From positions 102,734,001-102,798,000 of the forward strand of contig OZ024742.1 of assembly GCA_964016885.1 (NCBI GenBank): a DNA stretch of 64,000 nucleotides. The letters run 5' to 3'. Source of the DNA: Eledone cirrhosa (lineage: Eukaryota). The notes beneath the pieces are model-generated. The model was given only the letters and a program-made list of their open reading frames with translations. It had not been told where the DNA came from and made no database searches. Made by a program: the position numbers and the translations under genes. Below, piece by piece: positions 26,850-39,065 of the stretch (positions are counted from its first letter, which is position 1; each line of letters starts with the position of its first letter).

Positions 26850-27811
26850 TTAAGGATACTATTTATGGTTATGTATATACTAAAACCTTTTATAGTTATA
26901 TATATATTATACCCTAAATAGTGAAAGACAGTAATTTATTACTATCTTATTACCAGTAAGATAAATAGCTCAATGTAACAACATCAGTTGTTTTACAGAG
27001 CAGTTATATAGAGATTACATGAAACAAAGTTCTGTTTAAATCATTTATCTGCTTACAATTGTTTCTTCCAAACACACTTCCGGAATATAATACGATGTCA
27101 TCTCTCACAAAAAAAACAACCTACTCTATGGAATCAAATTAAAGAACGACAAGCTGTGATGTTCTAGCATGGTTCACCAGGCACCCAATGTTGAATCATC
27201 GTGGATTGTAAGATGGACATGTCTATAAATTGCGTTTCCTGGATTGTGAGAGTGGTGGTGTGTACGAGGACAGTGGTGCTGTTTTGCTTCTCATTTGTAA
27301 TATTTTTGATATTTTTGGTGTTTCTCCACACACGGGCTTCTATATCGTACAGGTGTGTGTGAATAATGCTTAACCAGTTCAGCCCTCATGATGCTCTTAA
27401 TTGCCTGCTTTGACTGCTTGTTTTACTTGTAACAATCTGCCGCACTATAATCCTGTATAAATAGGACACGCGTGCATGCCACACGTGTGACTGTTGCATA
27501 CACTGGCTACTCCAAACTTTCCTTTTGCTTTATCTTAGTAGACTGCCAATGTTTTAATTTTAATTTTAACTTTAATTTTGTCCTTTAATATGACTGTAAT
27601 CTTTGTATGTAAATTACGATGCTATATTATTATAATGTATGTCAACCCACTGTGGGTCAATATATACATATGTTTCTATATGTCTCTTGTGTTGAAAAGG
27701 AGGTCAAGTATGTTAAAAAATCACTGAATAATTGCTCCGAAGACTCCAAACCTCGGTTTGGAAGAAACAATTGTAAGCAGATAAATGATTTAAACAGAAC
27801 TTTGTTTCATG

Positions 27812-27819
<8 letters not shown>
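26845..27819. mobile_element. Penelope-like remnant with inverted pseudo-LTR
   Basis: Perfect 64-bp inverted repeat at 27010-27073 and 27756-27819, an HHR in the right copy, TATAAATA at about 27456, and microsatellite flanks. No recognisable ORF. Confidence 0.55.
27732..27780 (+). ncRNA. Type I hammerhead ribozyme with core U4C substitution
   Basis: TTGCT CCGAAGA C-TCCAAAC-ctcg-GTTTGGA-A GAAA C-AATT-G TA AGCAG. Stem III is palindromic; the core reads CCGAAGA instead of CTGAAGA. Confidence 0.65.
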
Positions 27820-27897
<78 letters not shown>

Positions 27898-27905
<8 letters not shown>

Positions 27906-28470
27906 AAGTGAGTCCTTCATCAGTGACCCTCCAACCGTCCTAGGCATTTCATCGCTTTAAGGGCCATATGCCTCAGGTTGGTGCGAACAACGGCTAAAAA
28001 AAGTCGTTGGGACACGTAAACAAAGGGGACGCCAGGGTAACAACAAAAAGGTTTAAGCAACGGAAAGTGAGAAGAAATAGACAAGTCCCAGATCTCTATG
28101 AATATAAACTCGGTGAAATCGTGAACAAGAGACAAAAGACCATCAAACCTGGTTGAAATGTGAGCAAGGAAAGAATTTCGCCCAAGTTTGACGGGGGGGG
28201 GAAAAAGAGAGAGATAGAAAGGAGAGAAGAGGAAGAAGAAGAAGAAGAAGAAGAAGAAGAAGAAGAAGATAAAGGGGTCTGGTCTACGAATTCGGTAAAC
28301 GTAAGTTTTGTGAAGTCGCAGACGAAAGAGACTTTTTTTAGCCGTTGTTCGCACCAACCTGAGGCATATGGCCCTTAAAGCGATGAAATGCCTAGGACGG
28401 TTGGAGGGTCACTGATGAAGGACTCACTTTTTCATATGTATCCCATTTGCAACGCCGCAGCTCCATTATT

Positions 28471-28473
<3 letters not shown>
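27898..28473. mobile_element. Non-autonomous element with 108-bp perfect inverted repeats in (TA)n
   Basis: 27898-28005 is the exact reverse complement of 28330-28437. The spacer is 324 bp and contains (GAA)n; there is a short extension beyond the right repeat. Confidence 0.7.
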
Positions 28474-28510
<37 letters not shown>

Positions 28511-29218
28511 TTAGTAAAAAGGAAAAGAAAATGCTGACAATTTTTTCCCAGTGAAAAATAGTTTAATTAGGAATAAGTATAAATTAGTAATAAGTATTAG
28601 TTAGTATTTAGTTTTAAGTTTTTACCGGTTGTGCATTTCTTATGCTTTTCAAAAATAATTTTGAGATAAAGTGCTCGTGATTTTTGCTCTAATATATATA
28701 AGTGTGAAGACTGCGCAGTTTCACCCTTATTATTTATTTAATTCATTCATTCATCCAGCAATATTGATGAAGGGTGGACACCACATATATATGTGTTTAT
28801 ACTTATGTATCTATAACTATATGTATTTTCTATAATTTGTCATAACTCCCGTATGATTGAATAAAAAATTAGGCTGAAATAGACTGCTTCTTCTAGCAAC
28901 TCTGTTACTCGCCAACAGTCTACCCTTTACTATCCCTTAGTATTGACCTTAAAACCATGTGATAATTTTCCCTTTAGAAAATTTAACTGGTAGCGGTCAG
29001 TTCGGGGAATGTGTCCCTTACACTGAAGGACTCTTGACAAGCTAACTACCTCACAGCTTGAGTGCACTTTAACTGTGCAGTTTGGACTATGAAGAAAATT
29101 TAGGGTTTTTTGTCTATTTGCTCTTCACACTTATAATTGTATATAGATCTGATTAATTGATTATTTAGTTAATTCATTCATCGAGCAAAACTGGTGAGGG
29201 ATGGACACCACACATATA

Positions 29219-29297
<79 letters not shown>

Positions 29298-29313
29298 ATC
29301 TATATATATATAT

Positions 29314-29526
29314 GAAAATGTTCAAGACCCTGGCGGCAGAGCTCAAGCCGTTTCGACGGCTATTTCTGGACTAAATTCAGAATTTAGTCCAGAAATAACC
29401 GTCGAAACGACTTGAGCTCTGCCGTCGGAGTCCTGAATATTTTCCTATTACCCACTCTACTATCCTCAGTATTGAGTACTCTGGTGCGTTATGGTCCACC
29501 TGGTTCCTTACCACACTTCCTTCGTT
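29314..29526 (+). mobile_element. Fold-back element containing a hammerhead 3' half (family of 26616-26793)
   Basis: Hairpin at 29314-29444 with GTC GAAA CGAC-TTGAGCTCT-GCCG TC GGAGTC and the same tail TTTTCCTATTACCCACTCTACTA. A truncated third copy lies at 20911-20970. Confidence 0.65.
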
Positions 29527-31231
29527 ATATATATATATATATATATATATAATGTATGTGTGTGTGTGTGTGTGTGTAAAAGGTAAACAGAAATAACAAA
29601 AATAACAAAACAAACGGTCACAGTTCATGGAAGAAATATATTTTTATATGTGTGTGTGTGCGTATGTGTGTGTGTGTATGTATGTGTGTGTGTGTGTAAA
29701 AAGTAAACAGAAATGACAAAGCAAACGACAGAGTGCAATAAACGAATGTATTTGTATAACGCTTGAAATAATAGGAAAAGAGTCATTACGTTTCGAACAA
29801 TAGTCATTCATCAGAAGATAGAGAAATAAAAGATGAAATAGAAAGATAGAGAGTGGGAAGGGGAAGAAAGGGAAACACACTCACACATTTATGCAGTTAT
29901 ATATGCAAATATATTCATTTTTAAAAATTCATTAGTTATACGTTACAGATAAATAAGCAGTGTGTGTATGTCTACATATGTTTCTATACATATCAAAATA
30001 TATGTATGCCTGTATACATGCACATACACGTATATTTACGTACACACATGCACAGATGTGTGTATAAGCACATACACATGTATGTAGATATTAACATATA
30101 TTAGTATACATATATAACCACGTTTACATTTCCACACTCAAATTAAAAAAACAAGTATGCATAAATGTATATACACAAATACAGACATGTGTATATATAT
30201 ATACACACACGTACACAGATATATACATGCATTCATATATACATGCATACATACACGTACACAGATATATATATATGTGTTGTTTCCTTGAGCAAGACAC
30301 TTTATTTCACATTGCTCCAGTTTACTCAGCTGTAGAAATGAGATGATAGGGACCCAGTCCCTATCATTCCACTGCAAAGAGGTTGTGGAGGTGCCACGGC
30401 AAAAAAGCACCCAGCACTCACTGTAAATGAGGTTGGTGTTAGGAAGGGCATCCAGCTGTAGAAATCAAGCCAGAATCAGTTCCCGTCCCACCCTTGCAAG
30501 CAGGGAAAAGCGGACGAAAATGAAATGAATGATTCATATATACAGATACATGCATACATAGATCTATACATGCATTCGTACATACACAAATACATACATA
30601 CACAGCTATATACATGCTGTTATGCATACTAAGATACATATACACCCATACAACACACACACACACGCAAGCACACACACAACACATACACACACATGCA
30701 TGTAATATGAAACTTTGAGTTGTTGACTGACCTTAACATTTAAATTTCTTTTTTTTTTATTTGAAAATAAATAAGAATTCTGATCACTACCCCCTACTGA
30801 AAACAATCACAACAACAAAAATCCCAATAGATATATATATAAATAAAATAACAGATACAACCTCCCACACACGGAGGGAGAGGCTAAGCATTTCAAAGCT
30901 ATCAAATCTCCTTAAAAGCTAGCTGTAAAACTTCTGTCAAGCCTTGTACTGTGGGAGTATATTGAGCCCTTTACTTTGTAATATTAGGATCACCTATATT
31001 TATACACATATACACACAGATATATAGTCACAAACTCATACAGACTCAGACACACACACATATATATATAGTCACAAACTCACATAGACAGACACACATA
31101 TTTATATAGACACAGACTCACACAGACAGGCACACACATATATAAAGTAAACACACAACAAACATATATGTATATATATATAGTCACAATCTCAGATATA
31201 CACATAGATATACTGTCACAAATGTGCATGG

Positions 31232-31317
<86 letters not shown>

Positions 31318-32138
31318 GTGTATGTATATATATATATAAAGCATGCATACACTTAGCCAACACGCATAGATATATAGCTACAGACACACAAATAGTCATA
31401 AACTCACACATAGACACACACATGCATAAAGCATGCATAAACACAAACACACATATATAAAGCATGCACACATAAACTGAAACACAGTTTGACAACAACC
31501 TAGAGTCAAACAGAGAAAGCCATCCTGTCACCTTTCTCAGCTTGCAATTATCTGGCAATCTGTTTCACTGTTTCACATATCATCTACCCCTGGGTTGCAC
31601 TTGGGGTCAGAGTGGTAGCTAGGGATTGGGAAAGAGGGACAGATGCTTTTGTACATAGATTCAGGGTGTGTCTTCAACTCACCACTACACACGGTTTTAC
31701 ATATCATCATCATCATCATTTTTACGTCAACTTTTCCATACTGGTATGGGCTGGACAGGACTTTTTGAAAAAATTGTTTTACAGTCAGATGTCCTTCTTG
31801 ACACCAACGCTTTTAGTTGCTTCTTACAACATACTGGGATATGGTGTACTTATTTAAAGCCACACTCACACACACACATATTAGAAAGTAAGCTTTTTTA
31901 TATATCCTACATGGGTAAAAATATAAGAAAAAGAAGTTGAAAATACAATTAGAGGCTTTCAGAAGGTTTACCTTCTTAAAGACTCTAATTGCATTTTCAA
32001 CTTTTTTCCAATATAATGTTTGCTTTATGTTCAGTATTTGATATGGGGTTTAGTCTTATAATTCTTTGAATTTGGTAAACTTTGTTCCTTTTCACATTTC
32101 CCGAAGAAATCCAGTTATATGTATTATGTCTTGTGTTA

Positions 32139-32325
32139 ATAATTGTTTCTACTTTTGGCACAAGGCCAGCAATTATCCCAGTTCATTACTGGTACTTTAT
32201 TTTATCGACCCCGTAAGGATGAAAGGCAAAGTTAACCTCAGCAGGATTTGAACTCAAACCGTAAAGGGCCGTAACTCTATGCTGCAAAGCATGGCGTCCG
32301 ACCTTCTACCAATACTGCCAACACC
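32139..32325 (-). mobile_element. SINE family A
   Basis: Full-length copy with the same core and tail. Confidence 0.88.
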
Positions 32326-32537
32326 GATACTATCTTGTGTTAATAATTGCTAATTAATTATTTCTGATTGTTTTCATATGAATGTACTATTGTAACCTGT
32401 GTTGAAATAGACAGAAATTAAAGTGGATTTAAGTTGTTAACCTTGGACTTTTTTCATTATAAATATATATATATATATATATACACACATTAGCAGGGTA
32501 CTTGTAAAAAATAACGGGATGTTTAATAGTTGTAGTA

Positions 32538-32585
<48 letters not shown>

Positions 32586-34698
32586 AGGTGGTGGTAATGC
32601 CAAATGCAGTGGTAATAAGGGTCAATATTTTGCAATGAATATATTTATGTATTTTCTTTGTTGTGATTCTGAGGTAGTCCAGAGAAATAGGTATCTTTTT
32701 ATTAGGGATTTCTAGTATTTTAGTAGCCTTTAGTCTGACTTCATTCTATTTTGTTGTTTTTTCTTGTTCCTTCTTCAGTCTTCTACAAAGCACTCCTAAC
32801 CTCTGGCTTCTTGGAACCTACCTCATATTCAGCTGTAAGTGATTGTTGCACTGAGCATGCAGCACTTTTGTTTGTTTCTAGTCTGGCTATTCACAGAGCT
32901 GTGACCACCAGTGATACTGTTGAAACAACAATAGCAGCAGCAACGGTCTTTACCTGTCAGACATGTTTTCTTGTTGTTGCTACTCTTTTGCTTCTTCTGT
33001 CCAGAGAAACTTTGATCTTTTCATCAACATATTTCTAATGAAATGTGCTACCTATATGTTTCAATTAATTATGAAAATAACCAATAGCTTTGTGGTCTTC
33101 CGATATCCATGCAGATCCCTACCTGATCATATGTTGTTGCGGGTCACCTCCACCCTCAACAGTTTCCCATAAAGTACCACAGAAGTGACAAGACAAGAGC
33201 ATACCTTCTTTTCTACCTCAGATAATGAAATAGATATTGAAGCATTGCAAAGTTCTTGGTTGCTAAAAATAACAATAACAAAAAAAAACGAAAAAAATAA
33301 CAAACAAACAAATAGAACCAACTTTTTTCATAAATTAATCCAGGAAGAAAATATCTTCTAAGCAAAGCTCTATACAAAAATGTGCTTCCACAGCAAACAA
33401 CAACAATAATAATTATGCTAATGATTTCTAATTTATGCACAAGGCCAGCAATTTTTGATGGCAGGGAAAGCTGATTAAATCAACCCCAAGTAGCTAACTG
33501 ATACTTTATCTTATTGACCCTGGAAGGATGAAAGGTAAAGTTGACATGATAGGGATTTGCCCACAATGTAAAGAGCCATAACTGAATGCTGCTAAAGCAT
33601 TTTGTTCAATGTTTTAACTCTTTTGTTACCATATTTGTAATGAAATATAATTGTTTCTACCTTTGGCACAAGGCCAGCAATTACGCAGTAGATTACTGGT
33701 ACTTTATTTTATCGACCTTGTAAGGATGAAAGGCAAAGCTAACCTTTGTATTTGTAATGAAATATAATGTACCTGAATTAATTAATAGAGAATTTCAAAG
33801 GATTTGCTAAAATTATCAGCTATTTAATTATTAAGATGATACTTGTAACGTAACTTAACTAAATGTTGTGAAATTGCTAAAAAAAAAATGTTGTAACTTA
33901 TTTCGTTTGTATCTTTTTTTTTTTTTTTTTTGCTTTAAAATTTAATTGTCTATATAAATAAGACATAATTAAGAAAAGTCAAAGGTTTCAATCATCTGAA
34001 AAATATACAAACCTAGGAAGGAAGCATTTAACAGATATTTTACAAGAAACATAGTACAAATATATCCAAAAACATAGTTTTCAATAATGTAGCAATACCC
34101 ACAAAAAGAAAGAAATGTTAAATCGTTTTTTTTTTAAATAAAAAAAAACATTAAAATTATGTTTTATATATGTGGCTTTCTATGAGGCTTTTATAAAGAG
34201 TTTTATGTTTGTATACAAAAAGCCATGACTTTGCAGTTACATAAATGAGCATTGACTGCGTGGGAAAATTTTTTTTCCTATGGGATATATATTTTTAAAT
34301 ATCTTCTACAATGTATTTTAACATTATTTTCCAGATTCATGTATTATATGTTTACTCTAGGTTCTTTTATTTAATTTGTTTTCTAAGTAAAGACACTAAA
34401 CGTGTTTATAATAGAAAGGAACAAAAGAAAACTACAAATAGTATAAAATGAAGATTTCTAGTATGGGTAAAATAATTCCCACCAGAGTCAAAAGATGAAA
34501 TTATCATCATCACAATTATTGTTATTATTATTATTATTATTATTATCATTATTATTATTATTATTATTATTATTTAACCGCCGAGGTTAACTTTGCCTTT
34601 CATCCTTACGGGGTCGATAAAGTAAAGTACCAGTAATGTACTGGGTAATTGCTGGCCTTGTGCCTAAAATAGAAACAATTATTATTATTATTATTTAG

Positions 34699-34741
<43 letters not shown>

Positions 34742-36757
34742 TTATTTTTAAATTCAAATTTCAAAGTTTGTTTAGAGAATGGTTTTGTGGAGAAGTCATT
34801 TCCCATGACGTTTCATGAGATCAGCTTCTAATGTAAATTAACACTGTCTTCTACCATTTCACTTGATAAGAACAAAAGTGGAACCGTTGGTCTATATTAA
34901 AATTTCTGTTACAAGGACACTGAGTCAAATCCTTAGAAAGAGTCACACCTCTGTTTTTAATTGCAACACAAGCTTTTGTCATAGTTTATAATCAAGTTCA
35001 ATAGATAATTAACCAAGCCAGAACTACTTTCATTCAGTGCATATCAAGCATGCTCTACACCTTCACTTGCCATGCCATGGTCAGGCCTTTTAGTCATCTT
35101 TATTAAAAGCTATCCACAAACTTTTTAGATGTCTTCCTTTTCATCTGTCATTAACTGAACTGGAACACTGCAAGTCTCTCTTCAAAACAAAGCCTTTAAT
35201 TTAATAAACTATACTTCCTATCCTACATCAACAAATACTACCACCATATTTTAACCCTTTTGATACTAATCTGCTGAAAACTGTCTCTAGCTCTATGAAA
35301 CACAACCCATTTTATAGAGTTCCTATTTAAATTAAAATCTTCAAACATGATTTGAGATAAGAACCTTTTGTTATGTTACAAATAACATCTTAATGAAATA
35401 ATTAATAATTTTAGTTAATCCATCCAAATTCTTAATTAATTGATTCAAATACAGTGTGTTTCATTAGAAATATGGTAATGAATAAGTGTCAGTTTTTGTT
35501 CCGAATGACTGCTCTCTTAGATAGGTTACAGTATCTGGGGCTTATGGAGCCCTTGTCTACTCTGTGCAGTCTTATTTAGAGAAACTGCTTTCCTAGAGTG
35601 GTTGCCTTTACTACAGCTTACAGAGCCCATGTCTAACCCATACCTACATTCTTCTCATGTCTATGTCTACCCGATATGCAAGTCTACCCTGTACCCATAT
35701 CTACTTTATCACATCATCTATTCCATCTTTAAAAAATAGCATGTTTAGTATTCTTTTCACTACAGCTAGCTCTGGGAATAACATCATCATTATTGTTGCT
35801 GCTGTCATCATTATCATTATGTTATTGTTGTTGTCATTATCATCACCACCATCGAAATCATTCAATCACTAAGAAAGTTTAAAACTGACACCTACAGACT
35901 TGATATCACTTGTATAAAAATAAAATAGAATAAAAAAGAAACAAAAATTACCAAAAAGAAAACACACACCTCACTTGTTCTAGTTAAAAATATTGAAATC
36001 TTTATTTTAAAACAGTTTTATTAAGTTTAAAAGATTACCTTTTCCTTTTTTACAAAAATACAGTCCAATTTAAAAGCTGATTAAAAAACACAGCTATATT
36101 TTAATTAATTTTTAATTATAAAAATTACTTTCAAAATAAAATAAAATTAAATACCAGTGAATTTTGCTTGCATTTTGTTATCATTTAAATCTCCTTAAAG
36201 CCTTAATTTTTAAAATCAATCTTGTTTGACAATTTTTTATAACGATCAAATCATTGTCATCATCACTATCGTCATCATTATCACCACCTTTATCATTACC
36301 CCTTTGCCCCAACAACAACACCAACACTATCGCTGCTATTATCATCATTCTAACATCTGGATTTTGTTCTATTCATTACAGGGATTTAAACACGTCTGTC
36401 TTTCACTCTCTTTCCATTTCATCTCAATATCTAGTTAGCTTCCGTAACATCCCATGTTTTTTCTGAGGTCAGCAGCCACTTTGTAGTAAATTTTATTTTT
36501 ATTTCACTATTATTTAGGTATCAATTTTTGTATCCTATTTATTTTTGTTTCGATTATATGCCTGATTGTCAGTGAGAGAGAGAGAGTGTGTGTGTGTATC
36601 AAAACAGTAAAAAAATAAATATAATAGATGAGAGTAAATAAAATAGATGAGTGAGAGAGGGGGAGAGAGGGACAACAGGGTAAGTTACAAAGAGAGAAGG
36701 AGGGAAAATGAAATCTCCGAAAGGAAAGCAATTAAGAGAAAGAAAGATGTATTATAC

Positions 36758-37027
36758 CTCTTTTGCAACTTTTAATCGTTAACACTTCAGTCAACTTGAG
36801 ATATTTCCCATTACGATCTTTAGAAATCTCTGCCTTATTCTCCAGTTTTGCCTGACTTTCTCATCTTGAGTAGCTGTGGTTCATTACCGGGATAACTTGC
36901 CTGTCAGACTGATTCTGCTGAACAAAAGTCAAATCAATGACTGCTCTTTTGCATCTTTAGCTAATTACTATATAGCCTTCTAGTTTTTCCTAGTCCTTCT
37001 TTTTAGTTGATTTGTCTGATCCCATAT
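36758..37027 (-). other. Candidate non-coding or UTR exon
   Basis: A strong polypyrimidine acceptor (TTTTCTTCCCTCCTCTTTTTCTCCTTCCAACCCCCAG) and an AG|GTATAA donor bound repeat-free sequence with stops in all frames. Confidence 0.4.
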
Positions 37028-37228
37028 CTGGGGGTTGGAAGGAGAAAAAGAGGAGGGAAGAAAATTGAAAACAATAATAATATTTCAAACGCCTTTATAT
37101 TTTCTTTCCCTGTTTTCTTGTGATATTTTCTGTCTTTCTCTTCTTTGTCATATATATAATTCATTGTTTCTTCTAGAATCTATTAATGTATGTATGGACC
37201 CATAACACCAGATGGAGTTGTAAGAGTG

Positions 37229-38243
37229 CCCTAGTGACATACAACGTATCTTGAGCATTTTAAACCTGGCAGGACGTCGAGATCCAAAACATTCTAACGA
37301 CTCTGCCAATCCACCGCCATCTCTACTAATAATGTGTAACAAAATACAACACAGGAAGACTGTGTGAGATTATAGCAGTCAAAATGTTTTGTTAATAAAA
37401 AGAAGAAACATAAACAAAATAATTTACAGGAAGATGTTAATAGTATGACCTTTAACGATTTCTTATGTGTTTTAAAATGTTTGTGTCAGTGTCAAGTTGT
37501 GAAAAGATGCCCTGATCCACCTGACCTTTTAACTCCTGCTGTAACTTATCATTTAAAGTTTTTACAGCAAGATCTTCTCTCTGTTGCCCTGGTTTAACCC
37601 CCCTACCACCTAGACCTTGCGTGCCTTTAATAGAGTTCACTTTGTTGCAAGCATTCAGATTAGGCCTTTGGTTTGAGGATACCTTCTGCTTACCCTTTCA
37701 CCGGTCTCAGAGGCCCTGAAATGGTCATGGACACTGCCTTTCTTTTTCTGACTAAACTAAACCTTGGAAAGATGAAAGACAAAATTGACCCCAGTGGGAT
37801 TTGAACTCAGAATGTAAAGGACCATAACTAAATGTCACAAAGCATTTGGCTTGACACTCTAGCGATTCTGCCAATCTACTACCCTAGTGACATACAACGT
37901 ATCTTGAGCATTTTAAACCTGGCAGGACGTCGAGACCCAAAACATTCTAATGACTCTGCCAATACACCGTCTCTACTAATAATTGTTTCTACATTTGGCA
38001 CAAGGCCAGCAATTACCAGTACATTACTGGTACTTTATTTTATCGACCCCGTAAGGATGAAAGGCAAAGTTAACCTCGACGGGATTTGAACTCAGACCAT
38101 AAAGGGCCGTAACTCTTTGCTGCAAAGCATGGCGTCAAACCCTCTACCGATTCTGCCAATCCACTGCCTTCTCTACTAATAATGTGTAACAAAATACAAC
38201 ACAGGAAGACTGTGCGAGATTATAGCAGTCAAAATGTTTTGTT
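37229..38243 (+). repeat. Local direct duplication (37229-37393 vs 37882-38243)
   Basis: About 165 bp are near-identical; the second copy carries a SINE insertion. Confidence 0.85.
37984..38169 (-). mobile_element. SINE family A with 14-bp TSD
   Basis: TCTCTACTAATAAT occurs at 37970-37983 and 38170-38183. The empty site is visible in the paralogous segment at about 37320. Confidence 0.9.
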
Positions 38244-39065
38244 TCTAAATAATACTACAAAAATAAAATTATTGAAATCATCATCATCATCTTCGTTTAA
38301 CGTCCATCTTCCACACTAGCATGGGTTAGATGAGAGTTGTCCCACTTGAGGCAAGGTTGGTCGGGTGACCGTGTCTCGCTCATATAGGACTATCTGGCAG
38401 GTTTTCTACGGCTGGATGCTCTTCCTAACACCAACCACATTTACAGTGTGGAACTGGGAACTTTTTACCGTGTTACCTACACGGCCACATTACAGCGTGG
38501 ACTGTGTTTTTTGTTGTGACACCTACACGATCTTGATCTCATTATCTCATTTATTTGGACTGGATGTTGAGGTATCAACTTTACAGAGAGAGGGTGGTGT
38601 TAGTGGGAGTGGGAGAATAGGGTAGGGGTAGTGGATTGGGGTGTATATTTGGTTAAGAGGTGCCTACTGACTGTAGGTTTCGCTTTGTACATAGACAAGG
38701 CGGGTCGTCTGTATTACTGCGTAGTGCCAAAAATCTCGGTCCAGTGACATTGTCTTAGAGAGGTGCAAGTAATAATGGTTTTTTATTTAGGTACAAGGCC
38801 AGCAATTTCGAGGACAGGGACCATCAATATTTGATTGGTCTTTTATTGACCTCTGAAGGATGAAAATTAAAGCAGTAATGAAATGCCATGAAGAATTTTG
38901 TCCAATCCTCTAATGACCCTCCCTAAGTGTCTAATTTAGGTACAAAGCCAGCAATTTTAGGAGAAAGTAAAAATCAATTCAATCAGCCCAATGCTTGACT
39001 GGTACTTTATTAATCCAGAAAGGATGAAAGACAAAGTTGACTACAGTGGGATTTGAACTCAGAAT

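Noticed and set aside
28400-28437. CTGATGA inside the 108-bp inverted repeat
   Set aside because: No stem II followed by GAAA lies downstream, so it is not a hammerhead as it stands.
37452-37640. Protein-like 62-aa minus-strand ORF (QREDLAVKTLNDKLQQELKG...)
   Set aside because: No ATG, convincing acceptor or recognisable homology; unsupported without BLAST or RNA-seq.
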